NCBI RefSeq assembly: GCF_006345805.1
Contig: NC_043004.1
Location: 95,790,001 to 95,854,000 of the forward strand
Length of the DNA stretch: 64,000 bases
Source: Octopus sinensis
Lineage: Eukaryota
Direction of reading: 5' to 3'
The stretch's first letter is position 1, and each line of letters opens with the position of its first letter. Made by a program: the position numbers and the translations under genes. This document shows, piece by piece, positions 1 to 13,183 of the stretch. Under the pieces are notes generated by a model. That model saw nothing but the letters and a program-made list of their open reading frames with translations. It did no database searches and was not told where the DNA came from.

Positions 1-47
1 TATAAACAGACTTTATTACTTTTGTCTTTCATGAAGTCTGTTTATAG

Positions 48-268
48 ATTGACATGAGCATACCCTGCAAAAGAATTTCATAAGCTCAGAAAATATAAAA
101 GTGTGCAATTCGAAATCGAAAAGATGTGGCATCTCAAGACAGTTACAATACCGGTGATTGTAGGAGCACTTGGAATGATCAAAAAAGGAACTGAAAATTA
201 TTTAGGAAAGATCCTTGGCTTACTTTCCATGCAAGAAGTGCAAAGAGTTGTCATAACTGGTACGTCAC
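48..268 (+). mobile_element. C-terminal remnant of an RLE-type (R4/Dong-like) non-LTR retrotransposon
   Basis: Translates IDMSIP..AKEFHKLRKYKSVQFEIEKMWHLKTVTIPVIVGALGMIKKGTENYL..MQEVQRVVITGTSH. This matches the restriction-like endonuclease tail pattern ID.SIP...KE.EK..KY..L..EI..MW....IPV.VGALG. Confidence 0.75.
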
Positions 269-668
269 ACTCTTTACTCTTTACTCTTTACCCTTTTACT
301 TGTTTTAGTCATGTGGAGCAGCACCTTTAGTCGAGCAAATCGACCCCGGGACTTATTCTTTGTAAGCCTAATACTTATTCTATTGGTCTCTTGTGCCGAA
401 CCGCTAAGTTACAGGGACGTAAACACACCAGCATCGGTTGTCAAGTGATGTTGGGGGAACAAACACAGACACATATATATGCACACATATACATATATAT
501 ATACATATCTATGTTGGGCTTCTTTCCATCTACCAATCCACCCTCAAGGATTTAGTCGGCCTGAGGCTATAGTAGAAGACACTTGCCCAAGGTGCCATGC
601 AGTGGAACTGAACCTGGAACCATGTGGTTCGTAAGCAGGCTACTTACCACACAGCCACTCCTATGCCT
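269..668 (-). mobile_element. tRNA-derived SINE, family A (head, TA/TG linker, (AAAGAGT)n tail)
   Basis: Reverse copy of the 1103-1522 element. Confidence 0.9.
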
Positions 669-1102
669 AAGCATTTTCTTTCCTTTTTCTCCTTTCATTT
701 TTTTGTTTACTTTTCTATTCTTGATTTTTTCCTTTTTCTCTATGTCTTCTTTTTCTGTATCACATGACTCTGTAAATGAACAATCTGGTGTGTTTGTTTT
801 AATGGCCTACCAATGTATACAGTACGTTTCTCTGCCCTAGGTGTCGAGAAGACACTCGGCAAGAAACGGAAACAGAATTGAATGCAGATTCTAATGAAAA
901 TAATAATAATAATAATAATAATTTCTCTCTGTCATTCTTTCCCTTGTTTTTCTATCACATCACTTTGTAAATGAACAATCTGGTACCTTTATTTTAATGG
1001 CCTACCAATGTATACAGCAAGACACTCGGCCAAAAAAATTGAAAGAAGCGGATAATGATAATAATAACAATAATGATAATAATAATAGTTGTAGACATAG
1101 TA

Positions 1103-1522
1103 GGCGCAGGAGTGGCTGTGTGGTAAGTAGCTTGCTAACCAACCACATGGTTCCGGGTTCAGTCCCACTGCGTGGCATCTTGGGCAAGTGTCTTCTGCTA
1201 TAGCCCCGGGCCGACTAATGCCTTCTGAATGGATTTGGTAGATGGAAACTGAAAGAAGCCTGTCGTATATATATGTGTGTTGTGTGTGTGTGTATGTGTG
1301 TGTGTTTGTGTGTGTGAGTTTGTCCCCCTAGCATTGCTTGACAACCGATGCTGGTGTGTTTACGTCCCCGTCACTTAGCGGTTCGGCAGAAGAGATCGAT
1401 AGAATAAGTACTGGGCTTACAAAGAATAAGTCCCGGGGTCGATTTGCTCGACTAAAGGCAGTGCTCTAGCATGGCTGCAGTCAAATGACTGAAACAAGTA
1501 AAAGAGTAAAGAGTAAAGAGTA
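1103..1522 (+). mobile_element. tRNA-derived SINE, family A, full length
   Basis: Head GGCGCAGGAGTGGCTGTGTGGTAAG..GGGTTCAGTCCC (A/B-box-like), central microsatellite, 3' (AAAGAGT)n tail. More than 12 related copies in the window. Confidence 0.9.
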
Positions 1523-2603
1523 TAGTAGTTTCAAATTTGGCTGATACTTATAGTTGAACACTAGTTTGTATTTATGTTATAAGATTCCCTCTGTTGTGAA
1601 GCAGTTTATCCTCACTGATTTGAGAGGAATTTGGAATGGCAGTGATGACACAATTTTTCATTTACATAAAGATGGTGTTTATACCATTAGTGTTGTATTG
1701 CACTAACTTTGTTATGTTTATAACATTTATTTTCGTATGTAAAATGTTTACTTAAAATTGTGCTTTTGTTCAGACTTGTAACACTGGAAATAGAGTTAAT
1801 GTTACTTGTAGTTTTTATCATTGTTATTGCTATTTGCGCTATTGTTATTTTCTGTGTAAAGTCATGTATTTTTCATGACTATTTGTAAAAGTTGTCATTT
1901 AATCATGTTTGTGTTAATAATTTAAAGACTTCCGAAACATCTGTATAGGTGTTTTACAGCATGCTTCGAAACCACTGTCATTCTCTGAAGGCAAGTGTAC
2001 TCATAAGAAATATTTCCATGTGTTAAGCACACGTCATTTAATCGGCATTCTGAGCATGACTGTCTTGTCTTTCCTGGCATATTACGCTTAATTTTAGATA
2101 ATCTTTACATATTTAATTATTATGAAAACGGCAAGGTAATATTTGAGGAAGATATGTTTACTACTTCTGGCAAAGCAAGCAATAGCATGGAGGATTTCAC
2201 ACGAGCTGTTGAGAATATAAGTGATATATGAATGTACACATGTGTGTACATATGTTTGTGTGTGTTTTTGTATGTGTGCTTACATAACTGTGTATATGGA
2301 TGGAAATGTCTGCGTAACTGTATGGTTTAATAACAGACAGACACATTAAATATGATAAATGATGTTGAGATTGTCCATATGATAAATTATATCGTTGCTG
2401 CATTTGTCAGCTGTTGTGGTACATAATTACTTCATATGATAAAAGATACAAGCTGTTTACATGCTAAATGATATAGATATAATTGTTATTTATAATTACA
2501 CATATAATATGTATATATATATGTGTGTATGTTATATATAATATACATACTATACATATGCATAGTAAATGTGTATATATATATATATGTGTGTGTGTAA
2601 ATA

Positions 2604-2646
<43 letters not shown>

Positions 2647-2767
2647 GAATATATATATATATTTATATGTATATATATATATGTATATATATATATACTA
2701 TTTACTATTTTACTATTTTACTGATTTCAGTCATATGACTGTGGCCATGCTGGAGCACTGCCTTTAT

Positions 2768-2826
<59 letters not shown>

Positions 2827-2940
2827 GAATATATATATATATACCCATATGTGTCTACATTTGATCAAAACAATATATACTTGCATAATCAAAAGACTTG
2901 TCTATACAGTCCTGTACAAGTTTTTCTTTACAAATATACC

Positions 2941-3180
2941 TATTTCTTTACTACCCACAAGGGGCTAAACACAGAGGGGACGAACAAGGACAGACAAACG
3001 GATTAGGTCGATTACATCGACCCCAGTGCGTAACTGGTACTTATTTAATCAACCTCGAAAGGATGAAAGGCAAAGTCGACCTCGGCGGAATTTGAACTCA
3101 GAACGTAGCGGCAGACGAAATATGGCTACGCATTTCGCCCGGCGTGCTAACGTTTCTGCTAGCTCGCCACCTTTACAAAT
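2941..3180 (-). mobile_element. tRNA-derived SINE, family B
   Basis: Near-identical to the 21403, 25455 and 29799 copies. Flanked by the 15-bp duplication CTTTACAAATATACC (2926-2940 / 3181-3195). Confidence 0.9.
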
Positions 3181-3235
3181 CTTTACAAATATACCAGTTG
3201 CGTATATGTAACCAAAAGTCTCAGTTACTTGTTAG

Positions 3236-3790
3236 TGCCTCCATGAGGTCCAACATTCACAGATCATGGTTCACCATCTTGTCCCATGTCTTCCTGGGTC
3301 TACCTCTTCCACAGGTTCCCTCTACTATTAGAGAACGACACTTCACACAGCTAATCTCATGAGCAAGATTTCTATGACTGGATGCCCTTCCTAATGCCAA
3401 CCACTCTGAGAGTGTAGTGGGTGTTTTTAATGTGCAATTGGCATGGGTGCCATTGACCTGTCACCGATATTGGCCACAACTACGGTCTCATTGGGCTTGA
3501 CAGGTCTACACAAGCATGGTCACGGCTATGATTTGACTTGGCTCAATAGGTCTTCACAAGAAGAGCATATCGCCAAAGATCTTGATTACTTGTCAGAGCC
3601 TCTATGAGGCCCAACATTCACAGATCGGGGTTCACTACCTTGTCCCATGTCTTCCTGGGTCTACCTCATCCACAGGTTACCTCTACTATTAGAGAACGAC
3701 ACTTCACACAGCTGTCCTCATCCATGGGTATCATGTGACCATACCAGCACAGTGGTCTCTCTTGCAAACCACATCTGATGCCTATAGTAA
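3236..3790 (-). mobile_element. RTE-clade LINE 3' end (ORF2 C-terminus plus 3' UTR), partly duplicated
   Basis: Translates CGLQERPLCWYGHMIPMDEDSCVKCRSLIVEVTCG*GRPRKTWDKVV, the RTE WYGH..RM / GRPRKTW motif. Confidence 0.8.
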
Positions 3791-3794
3791 TGTG

Positions 3795-3860
<66 letters not shown>

Positions 3861-3968
3861 TGTGTGTATACACAGAAACACACACACAAGTATAGAAATC
3901 AAAGGACAATCTTTATGTCTAAGTTAACATAGATGTTTTGTTAGAACAGTAAATCCTATGTTACTTAC

Positions 3969-4049
3969 CCTGAGAGAACCTCCTGCATGGACTTGTGATG
4001 CATAAAAGCACTCATATTTATATCATTGACTGACGAATATCGTTTGGAA
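3969..4049 (-). CDS. Candidate 81-bp internal coding exon (SKRYSSVNDINMSAFMHHKSMQEVLSG), gene unknown
   Basis: Acceptor CACTTGTTTTAACAG, donor CAGG|GTAAGT, length divisible by 3, exactly one open frame (phase 2-2). Confidence 0.45.
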
Positions 4050-4117
4050 CTGTTAAAACAAGTGATTTCACCCCATTTCAGGAGCCCAAAACAGGGCAAA
4101 ATCATGTGTTCTGACAG

Positions 4118-4496
4118 TTGCATTGGCTGTAGCTGTGGCCATGCTGGTACATCATCTTGAATAATTTTTAGCCTAAAGAATCAACCCCAGGACTTAATAA
4201 TATTTTAAAGTCTGGTACCTATTCTAACGGTCTCTTTTGCTGAACTGCTAAGCTACAGGGACCTAAATACACCAACACCAGTTGTCAAGTGGTGGTGGAG
4301 GACAAACACAGATACAATGACACACACACATATACAAGGGGCTTTTTCCAGTTTCCGTTTGCCAAATCCACCCACAAGGCTTTGGTTAACCTGAGGCTAT
4401 ACAAGAAGACACTTGTCCAAGGTGCCACATAGTGGGACCAAACCTGTAACCATGTGGTTAGGAAGCAAGCTCCTTACCACACAGCCATGCCTGCAC
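4118..4496 (-). mobile_element. SINE family A, diverged copy
   Basis: Colinear with the family A consensus, with many substitutions. Confidence 0.8.
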
Positions 4497-5260
4497 TTAT
4501 ATAAATACAAGTGCTTTTATGTATCATGAGTGCATAAAACAATCTGCTTTACATGGGTTATGTATATTGTTAAAAGTTGGTTTCAGTATATAAATAAGGA
4601 TAACCTCCTTAATCCTCAAATTACCAATATTCCATTCCATTGCCTTCATGGTAACCATGATGTCTCGAGTGTGGAATTTCTCCAGGTGTTTTTAAGTGAT
4701 GATATTATATGGAAATGTTCTTTAATATGGATATACAGTTTATAGATAGTGCTTTTAACATAGGAACAACTGCATTTATTGCAGACTATATGGTACTTTA
4801 TATTGACTTCCCAGCAACCTGTGTGCATACATCAACAATCTATATAATGTGGTTAAGTACATCAATAAACTGCCTCTATAATTTTAATGTTTTGATAGCT
4901 ATCTTTATAATTAAACAATATATATATTTAAATGGATGAATGAATTATCCTTTGTTTACCGTTAACATGGAAAATTCAATAAACAGTTACCAGGGTAGCA
5001 AAATTCACGCAAATAACACGGATGAAGCGAACTATTCAAAGGTAGAAACTCCGGGTTAATGTGTAGTAATTTGTGTAGTATAAGTAAATAATGGAGTTGA
5101 ACGAAGATGTTATTAAAATTCTTTTACTTTCGACATATGTTTCGAAGACAACATGGTTTTATTCCAAAGGAATAAACGGTGTAAAATTCCCCCCAAAAAT
5201 GCTTTCCTTAAGGAACTCATCAATAAGACTAATCCATTATTTACTTATATATATATATAT

Positions 5261-6050
5261 ATCATCATCATCATCATCATCATTTAGCGTCCGCTTTCCA
5301 TGCTAGCATGGGTTGGACGGGTCAACTGGGGTCTGTGAAGCTGGAAGGCTTCGTCAGGCCCAGTCAGATCTGGCAGTGTTTCTAGGGCTGGATGCCCTTC
5401 CTAACACCAACCACTCCGCGAGTGTAGTGGGTATTTTTTACGTGCCACCTGCACAAGTGCCAGACAGAGCTGGCGAACGGCCACAAACGGCTGGTGCTTT
5501 TGCGTGTTACCGGCACGGGGCCAGGCGATGCTGGCAACGGACACGAACGGATGGTGCTTTTACGTGCCACCGACACGGGGCCAGACAGAGCTGGCAAACG
5601 GCCATGAACGGACGGTGCTTTTACGTGTCACCGGCACGGGGGCCAGCCGAGGCTGGCAATGGACGCGAACGGATGGTGCTTTTACGTGCCACCGACACGG
5701 TTGCCAGACAGAGCTGGCAAATGGCCACGAACGGATGGTGCTTTTACGTGTCACCGGCACGGGGGCCAGCCGAGTCTGGCAACGGACACGAACGGATGGT
5801 GCTTTTACGTGCCACCGACACGGGGCCAGACAGAGCTGGCAAACGGCCACGAACGGACGGTGCTTTTACGTGTCACCGGCACGGGGCCAGGCGAGGCTGG
5901 CAACGAACACGAACGGATGGTGCTTTTACGTGCCACCGACACGGGGGCCAGGCAGAGCTGGCAAACGGCCACGAGCGAATGGTGCTTTCTCATATCACCG
6001 GCACGGGTGCCAGACGAGGCTGACAGCGGACACGAACGGATGGGTCACTT
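5261..6050 (-). mobile_element. RTE-type 3' UTR element with (ATG)n tail (family D) and an internally expanded 61-bp tandem array
   Basis: (CAT)n tail, then TTTAGCGTCCGCTTTCCATGCTAGCATGGGTTGGACGG..CTGGATGCCCTTCCTAAC. About 9 units of 61 bp at 5490-6050. The same UTR follows an RTE ORF at 41700-42630. Confidence 0.8.
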
Positions 6051-7184
6051 AACCTCTGCTTTCTGATATATATATATATCTTTAATATTTTGGACTAATG
6101 GGAATATGTCAATTAGTGTGTTGAAGTGTTGGGTAGAGCACTGGCACAGTCTGGGTATCTGGTGTCATCTGCTGTTGGGGTATATTGCCATTGGATCTAC
6201 TCATATTTTAGTTGAGATAATAATAATTTCTTAAGTAACCAGAAGATGGATTTGTTATTAATCTTTATTTTGTACAACACCCATTTCGACCCATCCTGCT
6301 ATTGTCCCTTTGGGTAGGATTCTGTTCAACATGTGTTGTTGCATCTATTTTGCAGTCTGGGTCTCCTCATGTACATGCATACATAAAGCTTTGTCTTGCT
6401 AAGCAATCTTTATATCAATTTAGTTATCTTCACAGGGCTTACCAAACTATGATATAATATATGATCAATTATCTAAGTGGTATACATTAAGATGAATTAG
6501 GTGCTGATATAAGGAATATGTCTGTAATTTGTGTTGCTATCAACATCCTATTAATTCAGTTATTAGCCTTCCCATTGCATTAATTATTGTAAAGAAAATA
6601 CCACCATGACTAATATTCGAACTACAGTGGAAAAGGCTAGCCATTGGATTTGGTTAAAAAGAAACGATGAGCAATGGCTAGAAGAATAGTTGATCTAGCA
6701 AGTGAGGCCTCATACCAGCGAGGGAGGGTGGTGGTGCTCATTGATGCTGTTGAGAGGTAGGTCCCAGAAACAGCACATATTCTCTCTTGATGACCCCATA
6801 CACTTGCTGGCTTCTGATTTTTGTGGAGCTCTCGACTGGTAGCACTTACATGTGCAAATTATTTACAAAACATATATTTATCTCTGTACTGAGCCAATGA
6901 GAAAGCTAAATCTAAAGAGGGAGCCTTTATGTGATCACTCATTTTACTAGAAAAAATAGCGAATCTCCCTCAAATTATTCCCTTCCCCCACACTGTCATT
7001 GCTGTCATCATTGACACCATTATTACTTTTACATTCACTTCTTGTTGTGGATGGCTACGTTAAGCATGGATTGTGCAGGACATGTTAGTGCTTCTAGGTT
7101 GGATGCCCTGCTTGGTGCTAATCCATTTTAGTTGTTTCTTGCAACAAGCAGAGAAACTGTGTACATGTTTAAAATGACCATCAT

Positions 7185-8045
7185 ATAACTAGGATACACT
7201 TGGCATAATTGAGATACACATGGTATAACTGAAATATATATATATGGCATAGCAAGGATGCACATAGCATAACTAGTGTACCCATGTTATATAAAGCTTA
7301 TAAATATAGTACCACTGAGATACACATGAGACTACTTGGATACAAATGGTATAACCTCAGTATGCTTGCTATAGTTTGACTATATGCAATATAACTATGT
7401 TCCATGTTATATCCAATATAACATGGAATAAATGTTCAATGTAAATATGCAATATAACATGGAATAAATGTTCAAGATACATGAAATGTAACTTGGGTAT
7501 CATGGTATATCTAGGATGTACTTAGTATAACTATGATACAGAAGGTGTGACTGGAATACACAGTATAACCAAGATAGGCTTGGAATAATTGGGATACACA
7601 TGGTATAACTAGGATAAAGATATTACAACTAAGTTGCACTTGGTATAACTAGGACACATGTATATAATTAAGACATGCATATGCATATTATTGTAGGGAT
7701 GCACACTGCATAACCAAAATGCAATTGGTATAACAAGCTTATGCATCATACAATTTGCATTCACAAGGTAAATTTAATACACACAACTTGTAACTAGGAT
7801 GCACACAAGAAAACTAGAATATGTTTTTGTGTAACTGGGATATACATGGTATAGTTAGGACATACATGTTATAACTAGAATACACATAGTATAATCCACA
7901 TATGCTTAATATAACAGTGATACTCAAAGTATAGTCAGGACATACATGATATAATCAAGCTTTATATTTTATAAATGGGATATACATAGTATAACTAGGA
8001 CAGAGATGGTATAATTGAGATATGCTCAGTATAATGGGTATGCAT
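7185..8045. repeat. Old degenerate minisatellite, unit about 20 bp (TATAACTAGGATACACATGG)
   Basis: Recurrent TATAACT.GGATACACATGG variants throughout the interval. Confidence 0.7.
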
Positions 8046-8137
8046 AGAGTAAGAAGGGCGAGATGTAATTTAAAGGAGATTTAGTTGCTGTTTCTTACAG
8101 ATCAAGTACGGAGGTTCTGTTTTTGGTTCAGAGACTT

Positions 8138-8390
8138 CCTCATCATCATCATCATCATCGTTTAGCGTCCGCTTTCCATGCTAGCATGGGTTGGACGGTT
8201 CAACTGGGGTCTGGGAAGCCAGAAGGCTGCACCAGGCCCAGTCTGATCTGGCAATGTTTCTACGGCTGGATGCCCTTCCTAACGCCAACCACTCCATGAG
8301 TGTAGTGGGTGCTTTATACGTGCTAGACGAGTCTGCCAAACGGCCACGATCGGATGGTGCTTTTTACATGCCACCGGCACGGGGGCCAGG
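8138..8390 (-). mobile_element. Family D (RTE 3' UTR-type) element
   Basis: (CAT)n tail plus the same body as 5261. Confidence 0.85.
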
Positions 8391-8649
8391 CGATTTACAA
8401 GATTTCTAATACATGCCATTTAAGATACAATAAAGAAAAATTTAAGTAAACAGTAACATTCTAAATGATGTAATATGAACTGCAGGTCTTTTGGCTTGGA
8501 GGACGGACACATTAACACCTAAAGAAGCTGTTGTGATTCTCTTGGAATTATATAAATAAATGAAATATTTTCAAACCAAAAATTCACAATAAAGTTAAAA
8601 AAAGTTCAATGACATACAGTAGAGTTTCTCTAAACCAAACACATCATTG

Positions 8650-8977
8650 CACAATGCACATGCACACACACACACGCACACACACACACACGCACACACA
8701 CATCAACACAGCAACACATATACACATTCACACGTACGCATATGCATGCACGCACACACACACGCACGCACACACTCACACACAAACAAACAAACACACA
8801 CACATCAACACAGCAACACATATACACATTCACACGTACGCATATACATGCACGCACACACACACACAAACAAACAAACAAACAAACAAACACACACACA
8901 CACACACACAAACAAACAAACAGACACACACATCAACACAGCAACACATATACACATTCACACGTACGCATATACAT

Positions 8978-9031
<54 letters not shown>

Positions 9032-9066
9032 CAACACAGCAACACATATACACATTCACACGTACG

Positions 9067-9114
<48 letters not shown>

Positions 9115-9185
9115 CCAACACAGCAACACATATACACATTCACACGTACACATATACACGCACACGCAAACATGCACATACGCAC
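8650..9185. repeat. Compound minisatellite: constant core of about 45 bp separated by variable (CA)n/(CAAA)n
   Basis: Core CACATCAACACAGCAACACATATACACATTCACACGTACGCATA occurs 5 times. Confidence 0.85.
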
Positions 9186-9251
9186 ATTATCAAAAGATGT
9201 TGTAGAAACAGAATCATTTCAAACACCCCCAACAATCTTACCATCTAAATC

Positions 9252-9289
<38 letters not shown>

Positions 9290-9544
9290 ACAACAACAAC
9301 ACAACAAGCTGTGAAGACATGGCTATGACAACTTTACACATTAACCAGCATGCAACTGACATCAAGTGATTTATCACCAAAGATTCATTGGTTGGAAATA
9401 ATGATCAACAATAAAGTGAAAGAGGCAGAAATGCAGGGGGTGGGGTGGGGGAGGGGTGTGGATATTAATGATTATGCTTTCAGCAATTATTGTCTATAAT
9501 ATTGTTATTAATATTATTAATATTACGATTATTGTTATCTTGTT

Positions 9545-9977
9545 ATGGATATTGTTACTGTTGACAATGTAATCGCTGTTGTTGCCAAGAATATTGTTGC
9601 TGTTGTTGTTGTTATTATCACTATTATTATTATTATCATTATTATTATTATCATCATTATTATTATTATTATTATTGTTGTTGTTGTTGTTATTATCACT
9701 ATTATTATTATTATCATTATTATTATTATCATCATCATTATTATTATTATTATTGTAGTTGTTGTTGTTATTATTATTATTATTGTTATTATTATTATTG
9801 TTATTATTAGTAGTAGTATTAGTAGTAATATCAACACCACAACCACCACCACCACCACCATCATTGTTATTATTGTTATTACTGTTATTATTATTATTAT
9901 TATTATTACAGATATTATTATTATTATTATTATTGTTATTATTATTGTTATTATTATTACTATTATTATTATTATTA

Positions 9978-10008
<31 letters not shown>

Positions 10009-10010
10009 CA

Positions 10011-10050
<40 letters not shown>

Positions 10051-10060
10051 CATTATTAAA
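9545..10060. repeat. Compound (ATT)n/(GTT)n/(ATC)n microsatellite
   Basis: Direct reading. It explains the poly-Ile and poly-Leu ORFs. Confidence 0.95.
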
Positions 10061-10165
10061 AAACTATCTAAGGAATTGATGTTTTTATTTTTTAAAAATT
10101 TCAAATCAAAAGAAAGTTTTGTTAATAACTTTTACCGCAGAAGATATATGAGTGTGCGTATGTGT

Positions 10166-10196
<31 letters not shown>

Positions 10197-10277
10197 AGTG
10201 TAGGGTGTAAATATGTGTATGGGAGCGAAGTTTCTTATGTGTGTGGAAGTTTATTGACTTGATGATTTTGTGGATTT

Positions 10278-10308
<31 letters not shown>

Positions 10309-10325
10309 GGTGGTGGTGATGATGG

Positions 10326-10362
<37 letters not shown>

Positions 10363-10616
10363 GACAATAATGTTTGCCAGTCTTATATCTGAAATAGGCT
10401 TTGTTACATTTGATTAAGTGTGGTGCATGCAAGCCTACATTGCATATACATTTGTCACTAAATAGCCGCAACTGCACTGGGATACACGCATTGTGAGTGC
10501 ACATGTGTTTATTTATGTGTATCAATGGATGCATATAGATGTATGTATCTTTTCATGTGTAAATATGTATATAGCTACCTATATGTGAGCATATATGTAC
10601 TTATGTGTGCATATAT

Positions 10617-10662
<46 letters not shown>

Positions 10663-10665
<3 letters not shown>

Positions 10666-10820
10666 TTGTGGAGTGGCTGTGTGTTAAGCTTGCTTCCCAA
10701 CCACATGGTTCTAGGTTCACTCCTACTGTGTGGTACTTTGTGTAAAGGTATTCTACATAACCTCAGGCTGACCAAATCCTTGTGAGTGGATTTAGCAGAC
10801 ATAAACTAAAAGAAGACCAT

Positions 10821-10867
<47 letters not shown>

Positions 10868-11126
10868 AATATATATGTGTGCGTGCGTGTGTGTATGTAT
10901 TTGTGTTTGGTATTTGTGACTGTGTTTATCCCCCCACCCATTAGTTGACAACCGATGTGTTGGTATGTTTACATCCCCCATAACTTAGCAGTTTGGCAAA
11001 AGAGACTGATAGAATAAGCACCATACTTACAAAGTATAAGTCTTGGGGGTCGATTTGTTTGAATAAAAGTGCTGCTCTAGCATGGCCACAATCAAATGAC
11101 TGAAACAAGTAAAAGAATTAAAAGAA
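10663..11126 (+). mobile_element. SINE family A
   Basis: Colinear with 1103-1522. Confidence 0.85.
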
Positions 11127-11138
11127 TATATATATATA

Positions 11139-11541
11139 TACTCTTTTACTCGTTTCAGTCATTTGACTGCAGCCATGGTGGAGCACTGCCTTTAGTCGGG
11201 CAAATCGCTCCAAGAACTTATTCTTTGTAAGCCTAGTACTTTTGTATTGGCCTCTTTTACCAAACCGCTAAGTTACGGGAATGTAATCACACCGGCATCT
11301 GTTGTCAAATGATGTTGGTGGTGGCGGGGACAAATACAGACACACAAACACACACACACACACATATATATATACATATATATGACTAGCTTCTTTCAGT
11401 TTCCATCTACCAAATCCACTCACAAGGCTTTGGTCAGCCCGAGGCTATAGTACAAGACACATGCCCAAGTTGCCACGCAGTGGGACTGAACCTGGAACCA
11501 TGTGGTTGGTAAGCAAGCTTCTTACCACACAGCCACTCCTG
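11139..11541 (-). mobile_element. SINE family A, tail-to-tail with the preceding copy
   Basis: Reverse copy. Confidence 0.85.
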
Positions 11542-12312
11542 CTTATAAACGTGGGCATATATCATCGTCAGGCTCATTATTCTTATGACCATTTTTTGAT
11601 GCATACAAGCGTTACATATTACTATATATATTCATATATATATATAGTAATATTCAATATGTGTGCGAATGTGCGTGTGTGTTGGTGTGCACATGCATGC
11701 ACACATATAGATAGAGAAACACATACATACATAAACACATATATATATACATATCCATAAGTGCGTGTTCATATCTTTTATGCATACAGAATCTGAAACC
11801 TATACTTTGTCTTTGTCTTCTCTCTCACTCCCCCATTCTCTCCATCTATCTTCTCTCTCTCTCTCTCTCTCTCTGTTTCTCCCCCCCTCTCTCCCTCTGT
11901 CTATCTATCTATACTTCAGTTTTTAAATCCTATCACTGCTCTGGTTCTTCTATCAGTTATGCTATGCACACAATGACATACATGCATGATACATGCATAC
12001 ATCAAAATAGGAAAGAAAATATACTCTTCAGAATTTACACACAAACTTGTACAAACAAATACATACATATATATACATATATATATATATTACATACATA
12101 TATATATATATACATACATAAATAATATATATAATATATATATATATATTATATAATATATATATACATACATACATATATATATTTATATAATATATAT
12201 ATATAATTTCAACAATTGAGGTAAAATTAATTAATTATTAATCAGTTTCACCAAGTGTTCAGTATGTAAGGGACCATTATAGGCGAATTCAAAATATTAC
12301 ATTATATATAAG

Positions 12313-12551
12313 GGCTTAGTAAAATAAATTACTTTGCCACATACTGAACTCATTAGAAATAGCAGCTAAAGAAATTTCTTCAGCTATTTCTAATACTTAA
12401 AGAAGATCTCTCTCAGATAGTGTTTGCCTAAACAAGGCAAACACTATCTGAGAGAGATCTTCTTTAAGTATTAGAAATAGCTGAAGAAATTTCTTTAGCT
12501 GCTATTTCTAATGAGTTCAGTATGTGGCAAAGTAATTTATTTTACTAAGCC
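12313..12551. repeat. Perfect palindrome, 117-bp arms, 5-nt loop (AAACA)
   Basis: 12313-12429 is the exact reverse complement of 12435-12551. Confidence 0.95.
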
Positions 12552-12582
12552 TATTATATATATGTTTATTATATATATATAT

Positions 12583-12642
<60 letters not shown>

Positions 12643-13150
12643 TCACATGAATATAAAGTTCAAAAAGAAAAGCATATATATATAAAAGTACATACAAGCT
12701 GAAAACAAAATAGCTATTAAATTCATTCATTTCATACTTCAATCTGTTAAACTTGAAAATTTTTTTTTCTTCTCTTCTTTTGTTATTTCTTAATCAAGTT
12801 TTCATTGAAAATGGTGTTGATAAAGTTTTTCATTTCTTAGTGGGAAGTTTTGTGGTGGTCGGGCTAGATACTGTTGGAAAAATTTTTATGTCTTGTATTT
12901 TCTGAAATTTTATATAAGATTGATGTGTGCAGAGAAGTCTGGCGCAGACTTCATCTGGATGAATATTTATCATCCATCATACATCAAACCTGCTACAATT
13001 AGCCAACGAAGTGTATTTTTCAATAGTGTATATCTTTGTGTATATGAATTTTTTCCCCATACACACACATTCACACGCAAATATATATGTATAAATGTGT
13101 GTGTGTGTGTGTATGTATATATACATATAGATATATACATATTTATATAC

Positions 13151-13183
<33 letters not shown>

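Noticed and set aside
1-46. 13-bp hairpin TATAAACAGACTT/AAGTCTGTTTATA
   Set aside because: Short, AT-rich and at the window edge. No function can be inferred.
5125-5232. Minus-strand UUGAUGA..GAAACAUAUGUC
   Set aside because: Stems I and II cannot be formed convincingly.
5313-6066. Overlapping 135-236 aa ORFs in several frames
   Set aside because: A by-product of a GC-rich 61-bp tandem array inside a retroelement UTR. The same applies to 57674-58585.
8650-9185. CRISPR-like repeat/spacer appearance
   Set aside because: The spacers are microsatellites, the context is eukaryotic, and there are no cas genes.
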